64,000 bases of DNA from Vicinamibacterales bacterium (GTDB taxonomy: Bacteria > Acidobacteriota > Vicinamibacteria > Vicinamibacterales > SCN-69-37). The stretch lies in contig DATIWF010000068.1 of NCBI GenBank assembly GCA_035519535.1, positions 610-64,609 of the forward strand. The letters are read 5' to 3'. Position 1 is the stretch's first letter. Each line of letters starts with the position of its first letter. The notes under the pieces were generated by a model. It did no database searches. It saw only the letters and a program-made list of their open reading frames with translations, and was not told where the DNA came from. This document shows positions 1 through 7,663 of this stretch, in pieces. Both the position numbers and the translations under genes were made by a program.

Positions 1-1
1 A

Positions 2-1069
2 CACGCGTTCGACGCGTTGCCCGAGTATCTGGACCTCGCCGTCTCGCTTGCGACGCGCCCAACCGAAACGCTGACGCTCAAGTTCACGGACATCGACTGG
101 TGGAATCGGTTCATCGCGGTTCGCAAGACGAAGAGCGGCAAGGACCGCGTGTTGCCGCTCAACAACACCGCGATGGCCGCGCTCCGCACCATGCAAGAAC
201 GCCGACACCCGAAGAGCGACCTGGTCTTTCATCGCGCCGACGGGCGCGCGTGGAAGGACATGCGCGAGACGTTCAACGCGGCAGTGCGCGCGGCGGGTCT
301 CTGGCACCCGGACCCGCAGCATCGGGTCACGCGGCACACGCTTCGGCACACGGCACTCTCATGGATGGCGCAACACGGCGAGCCGCTGCAGAAGATTGCG
401 CGCTTCGCTGGACACAGCTCGACGCATGTCACCGAGACGTACTACGCGCATCTGCAGCCGGACCATTTGACTCACGCCGCCGGCGTCATCGATGCGGCGC
501 TCGGAAATTTTTTAACCACTTTTTTAACCACTTCGCCCGATTCCGGAGATGCTCCAGACCAGCCGCGATCGGCTCAAACACCTGATACACTTCACGTTAC
601 GTCGTTTGTCGCCCTGCGAGCCGGAGTGGCGAAACTGGCAGACGCGCGAGACTCAAAATCTTGTGGGCTTTACCGCCCGTGTGGGTTCGATTCCCTCCTC
701 CGGCACCACCCAGCCAGCGACGTCCAGGGACACTGCGTGATCTCGCCCCTCGGGTGTTTGATGCCCACGTTGACGCCCACCCAAGGTAAGATCCCTGGAG
801 CCGCGAGCCACGCGGATCGCGAACGGCAAGGTGGAGAGGCCCAGTGCAAAAGTCGAGACCCACGCAAGACAAACGGGCGCGCGAGCGAGCGAAACAGGAA
901 AAACAGCAGCACAAGGCCGCACGCCGGCTGGAAGCGAAGCGGCGGCGCGCGGCCCAACCGCCCGCTGGCCCTGAGGGCGGCGATCCCGACATCGCCGGCA
1001 TCGTCCCGGGCCCGCAACCCTCGCCCTGGGGGGACGACGAATAACGCGTCCGCGAGCGCTCCAGCTTGA
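2..1069 (+). CDS. tyrosine recombinase / phage-type integrase, C-terminal catalytic domain (5' end cut by window edge); the frame has no stop until 1069
   Basis: The frame of ORF 17..1069 is open from nt 2. It has the HxxR box (TRHTLRHTALSW) and the catalytic-Tyr box (HVTETYYAHL) typical of the Phage_integrase family. Recognisable homology ends near nt 505. The remaining frame, which crosses the tRNA, looks non-coding. Confidence 0.7.
   Translation, partial: HAFDALPEYLDLAVSLATRPTETLTLKFTDIDWWNRFIAVRKTKSGKDRVLPLNNTAMAALRTMQERRHPKSDLVFHRADGRAWKDMRETFNAAVRAAGLWHPDPQHRVTRHTLRHTALSWMAQHGEPLQKIARFAGHSSTHVTETYYAHLQPDHLTHAAGVIDAALGNFLTTFLTTSPDSGDAPDQPRSAQTPDTLHVTSFVALRAGVAKLADARDSKSCGLYRPCGFDSLLRHHPASDVQGHCVISPLGCLMPTLTPTQGKIPGAASHADRERQGGEAQCKSRDPRKTNGRASERNRKNSSTRPHAGWKRSGGARPNRPLALRAAIPTSPASSRARNPRPGGTTNNASASAPA
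508..531. repeat. perfect 12-bp tandem duplication TTTTTTAACCAC x2 (AT-rich island)
   Basis: Read directly: TTTTTTAACCAC at 508-519 and again at 520-531. It encodes FLTT-FLTT in the integrase frame. Both TAA triplets are out of frame. Confidence 0.9.
620..708 (+). tRNA. tRNA-Leu (anticodon CAA), type II with long variable arm, encoded CCA
   Basis: Cloverleaf folded by hand: acceptor GCCGGAG/CTCCGGC, D-arm GCG-AAACTGGCAGA-CGC, anticodon stem CGAGA/TCTTG with loop CT-CAA-AA, T-loop GGTTCGATTCC (one U-U mismatch in the T stem), discriminator A plus CCA. Confidence 0.85.
844..1044 (+). CDS. small Lys/Arg-rich hypothetical protein (66 aa)
   Basis: GTG start preceded by GGTGGAGAGG (SD-like) 4 nt upstream. 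The N-terminal half is basic and helical-looking (KRARERAKQEKQQHKAARRLEAKRRR) and the tail is acidic/Pro-rich. No family recognised. Confidence 0.3.
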   Translation: MQKSRPTQDKRARERAKQEKQQHKAARRLEAKRRRAAQPPAGPEGGDPDIAGIVPGPQPSPWGDDE

Positions 1070-1123
1070 CGTTTCTCCCTGCGCGGCGCAGCATGGTCGC
1101 GCTTCCCCACGCAAGGAGCCGCG

Positions 1124-1705
1124 ATGGTCCGCCGTCATCTCGCCCCAGTGCTCGTGTTGTCGCTCGCTCTGCTCCTCGTCATCAGCCGGGGCTCGTCTGG
1201 CAGCGTGAGCGGCAACAGCGACCCGACCCTCACCTTCCACGGTTTCGTCAAGGGCCCTGATGGCCGCGAGCAGTACCACATCGTCGTCGACGTCGAGCCG
1301 ACGACGTTTCTGCTCGCGAGCGTCGCCAGCAAATACCGGCTCGCGCGGATGCGCGTGCAGAACTCGACGGCGTCGCCGTTGACGCTGTCGGCCGATCAGG
1401 ATCGACTCGAGCTGGTGCCACCGAGCGGTCCGGCGGTGGCCGCGATCCTGAATCTCCAGAGCGGCGACAGTCCCTTCTGGGACAGCCTGACGGCGGCGAC
1501 GCGTGAGCGGCTGGCCTACCCGGTCGCCGTCAATGGCACGCCGGCCCCCGCGACGGGCGGCCCGCCGCGCGCGCCCGAGGCGCTGTACGTCTACCTGTTC
1601 TTCCCGCAGGCCCAGGTGCCCACGGTGCCGGCGAGCTTCACGTACCGCATCGCCAGTCTCGGGCAGACGATCAAGCTCGAACGGTCCGCCCCGAAAGCGA
1701 GCTGA
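1124..1705 (+). CDS. secreted hypothetical protein (signal peptide)
   Basis: ATG with AAGGAG 6 nt upstream. N-terminal signal-like segment MVRRHLAPVLVLSLALLLVISRGSSG. No recognisable domain. Confidence 0.6.
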   Translation: MVRRHLAPVLVLSLALLLVISRGSSGSVSGNSDPTLTFHGFVKGPDGREQYHIVVDVEPTTFLLASVASKYRLARMRVQNSTASPLTLSADQDRLELVPPSGPAVAAILNLQSGDSPFWDSLTAATRERLAYPVAVNGTPAPATGGPPRAPEALYVYLFFPQAQVPTVPASFTYRIASLGQTIKLERSAPKAS

Positions 1706-1717
1706 CGGCCGCCCTCC

Positions 1718-2761
1718 ATGCTCTGGAATCTCTGGGAGGCGGTCCTCGGATATCTCGAGAAGCAGCGCTACTGGAGCGCGATCCAGCCGTTCGTCCTCGT
1801 CGGTTTCGGCGCGGTGGCCGTCGAAGCGGCCACGTTCGAGTACGTGCGGCGGCAGTACGGCGCGACGCCGCCGTCCCTGTTTCTGCGCAGCTACCTGTCC
1901 ACGCGCATCCTCATCGTGAGCGGCGCGCTCCTCCTGCTGATGCTCCTCCTGCGCACGCGACAGCCGGCCGGGCGCGCAAGCACGTCCGGACGGCTGGTGG
2001 CGTTTCTCCGGACGCATCGGCGGCGGATCGTGTTCGTCGCCGTGGTGACGGCGCTCATCGCGTCGGCCGCCGGGCTCGCCATCGTCGCGACGTCGCCGAG
2101 CCGCCTCAGCCGGATCACGATTCGCGTGATGGATCTGCCGGCCGACGTGAAGCAGGACGCGTTGACCTATCTCGTCTACGAGCTGAACCGGCCCCAGCGG
2201 CAGTGGTACTTCGAGATCGACTCGCGGCCGTTCAACGAGCTGGCGCTCACATCAACTGAACGCCAGCAGTGCATGGCCGACTCGGAGCCCACGCTGTGCT
2301 ACGCCGAGCGCACGGCCGAGACCGAGGGCCCGCTCATCGCGTTGACGGCCAAGCCGCTGAAGGACGCGTTCTTTGCGACCCATCGCGGCCTGGCCTCCGT
2401 GATCACGACGGCCGACGTGGACAGCTACGCGCCGCTCACCAACTACGAGTACCTCGCGTACCTGATCGTGCTCCAGAGCGTCCTGCTGCAGCTGGACGCG
2501 CATGGCGGGCTGCCGCCCGAGGCCTTCGCGCCGGGCGCGACGACGAGCGGCGACGTGTTCGCGTTCGTCCCGACGCGCGAGATGCTCAAGGCCAGCCTTC
2601 TGGCGCCGCGCCTCAGCCCGCGCCAGGAGGCGCTGATCTTCAACCGCTTCGGCCCGGCGTACCTGGGCGTGACGGTCGATCTGCTCTCGCTCGACTGGCT
2701 GTACACCCCGCGCGTGAAAGGCAATTTCGAGAAGCTGTTCTCGGTCACCCTCAGCCGCTGA
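1718..2761 (+). CDS. integral membrane hypothetical protein (N-terminal TM helices plus ~220-aa soluble C-terminal domain)
   Basis: Lies 12 nt after the previous stop, so probably one operon. Several hydrophobic helices (e.g. IQPFVLVGFGAVAVEAA, ILIVSGALLLLMLLL, IVFVAVVTALIASAAGLAIVA). No family recognised. Confidence 0.6.
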   Translation: MLWNLWEAVLGYLEKQRYWSAIQPFVLVGFGAVAVEAATFEYVRRQYGATPPSLFLRSYLSTRILIVSGALLLLMLLLRTRQPAGRASTSGRLVAFLRTHRRRIVFVAVVTALIASAAGLAIVATSPSRLSRITIRVMDLPADVKQDALTYLVYELNRPQRQWYFEIDSRPFNELALTSTERQQCMADSEPTLCYAERTAETEGPLIALTAKPLKDAFFATHRGLASVITTADVDSYAPLTNYEYLAYLIVLQSVLLQLDAHGGLPPEAFAPGATTSGDVFAFVPTREMLKASLLAPRLSPRQEALIFNRFGPAYLGVTVDLLSLDWLYTPRVKGNFEKLFSVTLSR

Positions 2762-2791
2762 CGCGAAGGCCGCACCGGCGCTGCCGCCCCG

Positions 2792-4081
2792 TCACTGCAC
2801 CGCGAACACGACGTTGACGACGAGGTTGTTGCGATCGATCCGAACGTCCGCTCGAAGCGTGCGTGGAAGCGCCCCACTGCGCTGGCGCGGAAGAATCTCG
2901 GCAGCGGTGAACGTGTCGAGATACGAGCCGTCGTAGACGTCGCCGGGGCGCAGTTTCCACTTCTTGGCGGCATCGTCGCCGGCGGGACCACCCACGATCG
3001 AGAGCGTCCCCATGTGAAACTGCTGGCGCTCGACGACGGTGATGCGGAACGTCGCGCGGTGCGTCGCCGCATCGAGTGACGGCTCGTAGTCGGCCTGCTG
3101 CATCAGGTAGCCGATCTTCTCGTAGGCCGCGTGGACGGCGCGCAGGCCGGCCTCCATTTCCGTCAGGCCGGCGACCGAGGCCGCTTTCATGTTGATCGCG
3201 CGGTCGAGGTCCGCCGGCGCCAGCGCGGCTTCGCCTGACCACTCGGCGTGATCCCAGACGTACTGCACGCCCTCGTCCGCCCGCAGCATCACTGTGACCC
3301 CGGAACAGCCCGCATCCATCGCTGCCGCAACCACCGTGACGGTGGCCGCCCAGTACCCGCGGCGCCGGTAGACCTGACGAAGCGTGCCGTTCGCGAGATC
3401 GATCGCGAACGCGCGCGAATAGTCGCCGCCCAGCACGGACTGCGCCGCCTGCTGCAAATCGGCCTCCGGAACGTCCGACGCCCCCTGGACACGGAGGGCG
3501 CACATCTTCAGCGGGGCGGCCGTGTTCACGACGCGGAAGAGCACCTGCCTGGCACCCGTGCGCGCGTTGAGGCGGATTTCGCTGGTGACCTGCCCCTGCA
3601 CCTGGCGACTGGCCAGCAGCCCGGTCAGCACCTGGGCCACGTATTCGCTCGCGTTCGAATTCGATGGCAGCGCCCCGTCGAAGGTCGGCACGTCCGGTCG
3701 GAGAGCCGCCGCAATTTCGTCGTCGGTGAACCAGACGAAGTTGTCGAACACGACGGGCAGACTCCAGGCTTCATCCTCGAGATCGAAGACCGCGGTCAGC
3801 TTGCCGCCGCCTGTCGTGTAGCGGTACTGCACCGATCGGAACAACCCCGTCCTGGTGAGGCGGCTGGCGGCGGCGTCAAGCGCGGCGGGCGTGATCGCGT
3901 CGCCGACCTTGAGTCCGCTGAGCCTCACCACATCGCCTGCCGCCAGTCGCTGGCTGCCGTTGACCGTGACCGCGGCCAGCTGCAGCCCGCCGGAGGTCTG
4001 CATGGCGGCGCGCTCACCCGCCAGGCACACGATGCCGACCATCAGGCCCGCAGCCGTGCGGCGAATCCGGGAGACGACCAT
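2792..4081 (-). CDS. POTRA-repeat protein without beta-barrel (BamA/FtsQ-type POTRA domains only)
   Basis: N-terminal signal/anchor, then repeated POTRA-like units (e.g. LAAVTVNGSQRLAAGDVVRLSGLKVGDAITPAALDAAASRLTRTGLFRSVQYRY...VFDLED). At 429 aa it is too short to include an Omp85 barrel. Confidence 0.7.
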   Translation of the reverse strand: MVVSRIRRTAAGLMVGIVCLAGERAAMQTSGGLQLAAVTVNGSQRLAAGDVVRLSGLKVGDAITPAALDAAASRLTRTGLFRSVQYRYTTGGGKLTAVFDLEDEAWSLPVVFDNFVWFTDDEIAAALRPDVPTFDGALPSNSNASEYVAQVLTGLLASRQVQGQVTSEIRLNARTGARQVLFRVVNTAAPLKMCALRVQGASDVPEADLQQAAQSVLGGDYSRAFAIDLANGTLRQVYRRRGYWAATVTVVAAAMDAGCSGVTVMLRADEGVQYVWDHAEWSGEAALAPADLDRAINMKAASVAGLTEMEAGLRAVHAAYEKIGYLMQQADYEPSLDAATHRATFRITVVERQQFHMGTLSIVGGPAGDDAAKKWKLRPGDVYDGSYLDTFTAAEILPRQRSGALPRTLRADVRIDRNNLVVNVVFAVQ

Positions 4082-4106
4082 GGTCGCGAAGGAGCGATGA
4101 CGCGAT

Positions 4107-6524
4107 CTACTTCGCGACCTGAGGCTGCAGGTTCTTCGCGAAGAACTCGTCCACGCGCCGCCACGCGTCCCGCACGACGAAGCTCCGATCGAAGTAGTGG
4201 AACTCGCCCGGGTACACCATGAACGTCACGAGGTCGCCCTTCCCTGCCTTGAGCAGGTGATCGATCAGCAGCACCGAGTGGATGAACGGCACGTTCACGT
4301 CGGCGGTGCCGTGCAGAATCAAGAGCGGATACTTGATCTGATCCACGTGTGACATCGGCGCCGCCTTGGCATAGACGTCCGGGTGCTCCTCGGGCGTCCC
4401 GATCCGGCTCGTCGTCCAGCCGCCGTGGTACGGGTCCTCGTAATACAGCGCGTAGTCGGCGACGCCCGCGACGTCGACGGCCGCGCGGAACCACGTCGGC
4501 TCCTGCGTGATCGCGAGCAGCGTGAAGAACCCGCCGTAGCTCAGCCCCCAGACGCCGATCCGGTCGCCGTCCACGTAGCCGAGCGTCTTGAGATAGGTCG
4601 CGGCCATCCGCGCGTCCTTGGCGTCGTTGCCGCCGACGTCCATGTAGACGTCGTTGCGCCAGTCGCGACCGTACCCGATGCTTCCGCGATAGTCCGGCGC
4701 GATGACGACGTAGCCCTGCTGGAGCAGGTACTGGTGGAACTCGTAGTACACCGCTTCGTTGCGATCGGTATGCCAGCCGTCGTAGTTCTGATTCACGCCG
4801 TCGGGGTGGATCCAGACGATCGCCGCGTGCTTCTTCGTGCGGTCGAGGTTCTTCGGCACGAAGAGCCACGCGGGCACCGACTTGCCGTCCGGCCCCGGAT
4901 AGTGGACGAGCTCGGGTGCCACGAGAACCGACGTGTCGATGCTCGCCGGCATCGACGACGTCAGGCGCGTGGGCTTGGCGTTCGCCGCGGCGTCGGCGAC
5001 GTAGAGATCCGCCGAGCTCCGGTAGTCGGTGTGCTGATAGAGGATGCGCCTGTCGTCGGGCGACCACTGCGCGGACGTGTTCGTGCCGCTGCCCGACGTG
5101 ACGGTCGTGATGATCGCGCGCGCCGGATCGTCGCCGATCGTCGCGAACTCGATGTGGCGCGTGCCCGGCTTGGTCGCCGTGTTCGCGTCCCACGCGATCT
5201 TCTTGCCGTCGTGCGACCACGTCGCGCGCCAGTGCTCGCCCGGCGTCTTCGTGATCTGCACCGGTGTGCCTCCCGCCGTCGGCACCACGTAGATTTGATC
5301 CCAGCCGGTCGTGTCGGCCGTGAAGAGCAGCCACTTCCGGTCGGGCGAGATCGCGTTGGCGGTGTTGTTGACCGCGCTGAAGAACTTGTCCTCGGTCTCC
5401 TCGTGCAGCACCTTCGGCGCGCCGCCGGTGAGGTCGATCGCCTCGGTCGTGCGCGTCTTGCCGTTGTTCGACGTGCGCGTGCCCAGGATGTGCGTGGCGT
5501 CGATCCAGTTGCCGCCTCCCCCGCCGCGCCCGCCGCCGCCGCGCCCCCCGCCGGCGCCGGCCGCCATCGCACGGGGCGTCCCGCCCGCCGCCGGCACGAT
5601 GTAGCTCGCGCCGCCGCCCCCGCCGCGGCCGCCTTCCGTCGCGCGGAAGATCAGCTTGGCGCCGACCTCCGGCGCGATCGTGTCGTGATAGATCGGCCCG
5701 CCTCCGCCTCCTCCGCCGCCACCGGTCGTGTATGTGAGACTCGCGCCGTCGGGCGTCCACGCGGGGGCGCCGATCGGACCCGGCTCCTTGACGATCGAGG
5801 CCGGCGTGCCGCCCGGGCTCGCGACGACGAAGAGCTCCGAGCCGCCGGCCGTGGACGTCGCGTAGGCGAGCTTCGTCGCGTCGGGCGACCAGCTCATGCC
5901 GCCGATGCTGTCGGCGTGCGCGATCCGCTGATCGGCGTTGGACGCGAGCGTGTGGACGATCAAGTCCGCACCGCCAGCCGCGCCCGCCGGAGCGTCCGGC
6001 GCGGCTTCGGCAGCACCCGCGCCGCGGCCGCCGCCGCGCCCGCCGCCACCGCGACCGCCGCGTCCACCACCGCCGCTGCCCTGGCCCACGATGAACGCGA
6101 CGCGCGTTCCGTCAGGCGACGGCGTGAAGCTCCCCGCGCGCGCGGCCGATGGCCACGCCGGCTGCGGCGTCCCGCCCGTCACCGGGACGGCGAGCAGGCC
6201 CCCGCCGCGCTGAAAGAAGAACGTGCGGCCGTCCGCGCTCCAGAATCCGCCCGCGCCGGCCTGGCCGTCCGGGTAGGTCGTGAGGGCGACTGGCTGGCTG
6301 CTGCCGTCGGCGGCGACTGCCCACACATTGTTGACGCCGCCATCGTCGTACGTGAACCACACGTGCCGCCCGTCGGGCGTCCACTGATGCCCGGACGGAT
6401 GTTTGATCTGCACGAGCTGGTCGATGGTCAGCTTTGCAGTGGGCCTGGACGCCGGCGTCTGGGCCGTGCCGGACGCGGTCAGCGCCACGACGGCCGCGAG
6501 CGAGAGGAGGCTGGCTGTACGCAT
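4107..6524 (-). CDS. S9 family serine peptidase (prolyl oligopeptidase/DPP-type) with N-terminal TolB-like beta-propeller
   Basis: Signal peptide and PD40-like repeats (WSPDG/WTPDG/FTPSPDG). C-terminal alpha/beta hydrolase with nucleophile motif GVWGLSYGGF and distal ILHGTADVNV / H motifs. Confidence 0.9.
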   Translation of the reverse strand: MRTASLLSLAAVVALTASGTAQTPASRPTAKLTIDQLVQIKHPSGHQWTPDGRHVWFTYDDGGVNNVWAVAADGSSQPVALTTYPDGQAGAGGFWSADGRTFFFQRGGGLLAVPVTGGTPQPAWPSAARAGSFTPSPDGTRVAFIVGQGSGGGGRGGRGGGGRGGGRGAGAAEAAPDAPAGAAGGADLIVHTLASNADQRIAHADSIGGMSWSPDATKLAYATSTAGGSELFVVASPGGTPASIVKEPGPIGAPAWTPDGASLTYTTGGGGGGGGGPIYHDTIAPEVGAKLIFRATEGGRGGGGGASYIVPAAGGTPRAMAAGAGGGRGGGGRGGGGGNWIDATHILGTRTSNNGKTRTTEAIDLTGGAPKVLHEETEDKFFSAVNNTANAISPDRKWLLFTADTTGWDQIYVVPTAGGTPVQITKTPGEHWRATWSHDGKKIAWDANTATKPGTRHIEFATIGDDPARAIITTVTSGSGTNTSAQWSPDDRRILYQHTDYRSSADLYVADAAANAKPTRLTSSMPASIDTSVLVAPELVHYPGPDGKSVPAWLFVPKNLDRTKKHAAIVWIHPDGVNQNYDGWHTDRNEAVYYEFHQYLLQQGYVVIAPDYRGSIGYGRDWRNDVYMDVGGNDAKDARMAATYLKTLGYVDGDRIGVWGLSYGGFFTLLAITQEPTWFRAAVDVAGVADYALYYEDPYHGGWTTSRIGTPEEHPDVYAKAAPMSHVDQIKYPLLILHGTADVNVPFIHSVLLIDHLLKAGKGDLVTFMVYPGEFHYFDRSFVVRDAWRRVDEFFAKNLQPQVAK

Positions 6525-6743
6525 GCGCCAACGCTAGATCACGCCGGGCTCCGATTCAACTGTCCGGCGCCCCGGCCCGGCGCTCCGCTAGAATCACCGC
6601 TCGACGGAGGAACCGTCTATGGAACGCGTCCGCACCGGCTCGCTGATTGGCGGCCTGCTGGGTCTTGCCCTGGCGGCTCGACCAGCGGCACCACCCGTCG
6701 CCGCCGCCCACCCCGTCCCGCAACTAGACTCAGGAGAACGTGC

Positions 6744-7067
6744 ATGCCGAAGGGCTACTGGATCAGCTTCTATCGATCGATCGGCGACCCGGCGAGGCTC
6801 GCCGAATACGCCAAGGCCGCCGGACCGGCGATTGAGGCCGGCGGCGGCCGCTTTCTCGCGCGCGGAACCGCCGCGCGCGCGTTCGAAGGCGGCCTGCTCC
6901 AGCGGAGCATCGTGATTGAGTTCGACAGTGTGGCGCAGGCGATCGCGACCTACGAGAGCCCTGCGTATCAGGCCGCGGCAAGACTGCTCGGCAAGTCCGT
7001 CGAGCGCGAGATTCGCATCGTCGAGGGCGTGCCCACGTCGGCGAGCGCGCCCTCGACCGAGCGATAG
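6744..7067 (+). CDS. DUF1330 domain protein
   Basis: Internal ATG of ORF 4383..7067 with AGGAGA 7 nt upstream. MPKGYWISFYRSI...RSIVIEFDSVAQAIATYESPAYQAA is the typical DUF1330 pattern. Confidence 0.8.
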   Translation: MPKGYWISFYRSIGDPARLAEYAKAAGPAIEAGGGRFLARGTAARAFEGGLLQRSIVIEFDSVAQAIATYESPAYQAAARLLGKSVEREIRIVEGVPTSASAPSTER

Positions 7068-7082
7068 CGAAGCGTGGAGCGT

Positions 7083-7502
7083 CTAGTTGAAGACGTGCTC
7101 GACGTTGCTGCCGCGGAGCCGCAGCGTCTTGAGCGTCTGCACGCCGTCCTTGTCCAAGCCGATCTCCGCGACGGTGTTCTCGGAATTCGCGCTCAGTTGC
7201 TTGCCCTTGCACGGCATTTCAAGCACCTTGGCGGGAGACTTGACCATCAACTGCTCGACCGGGTCGAGACCCGTCACCCACTCCTGGTCCTTGCCCGACA
7301 CTAGGCGCGTGAACGTCACCGTCTTCGTGTCGCACGCCACCTTGTATTCGCCGGCCTTCAGGATCGTCGTGCCGACGCGAACGTCGGTCGTGAACACGAC
7401 GACGTCCGTGACCTTCTTTTCGGTCGCGTTGTCGTGCGTCTGTGCGATCAGCGTGCCCATCATGAGAAACAATCCGAGTGTCACCAGTAACGGCTTGCGC
7501 AT
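7083..7502 (-). CDS. small secreted hypothetical protein (139 aa)
   Basis: In-frame ATG (MRKPLLVTLGLFLMMGTLIAQ, signal peptide) with GGGGTGGGA upstream. The part of ORF 7083..8096 upstream of it is Arg/Ala-rich and looks spurious. Confidence 0.6.
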   Translation of the reverse strand: MRKPLLVTLGLFLMMGTLIAQTHDNATEKKVTDVVVFTTDVRVGTTILKAGEYKVACDTKTVTFTRLVSGKDQEWVTGLDPVEQLMVKSPAKVLEMPCKGKQLSANSENTVAEIGLDKDGVQTLKTLRLRGSNVEHVFN

Positions 7503-7663
7503 CGTCCCACCCCCATCACTGGGCAGGAAAAAGAGCAACTCGCGTGCCACGGATCCTGGGCGGATTGCGAGGCGGTCGCGCGCCGCAGGCGCGAAAGAAC
7601 GCGCGCAAGCGGTAGAAAACCCGCGGTTTATTTCCGGTGTAGTGGTGCACCATACTGCCTGAA

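Noticed and set aside
709-4081. Genomic island integrated at tRNA-Leu and extending rightwards.
   Set aside because: I found no second copy of the tRNA 3' segment (GGTTCGATTCCCTCCTCCGGCA-like) anywhere in the window. The integrase lies on the 5' side of the tRNA. The downstream genes show no visible compositional break. If there is an island it lies to the left, outside this window.
6619-6915. 98-codon ORF with a GGAGGA SD and a hydrophobic N-terminus in the S9-peptidase/DUF1330 divergent region.
   Set aside because: It overlaps the well-supported DUF1330 gene out of frame by ~170 nt. Its C-terminal two-thirds is Arg/Ala/Pro shadow-type sequence. At most, a short leader peptide could be real.
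4383-7067. Very long alternative-strand ORFs, e.g. 4383..7067 +, 653..2017 -, 22200..24914 +, 25758..28610 -, 29260..32100 +, 33666..35660 +, 36960..39575 -, 13812..15485 +.
   Set aside because: All lie antisense or out of frame to genes with clear family motifs. Their translations are Arg/Ala/Gly/Pro-dominated with no motifs. This is typical of stop-codon-poor shadow frames in GC-rich DNA. Only the 3' end of 4383..7067 (6744..7067, DUF1330) is real.
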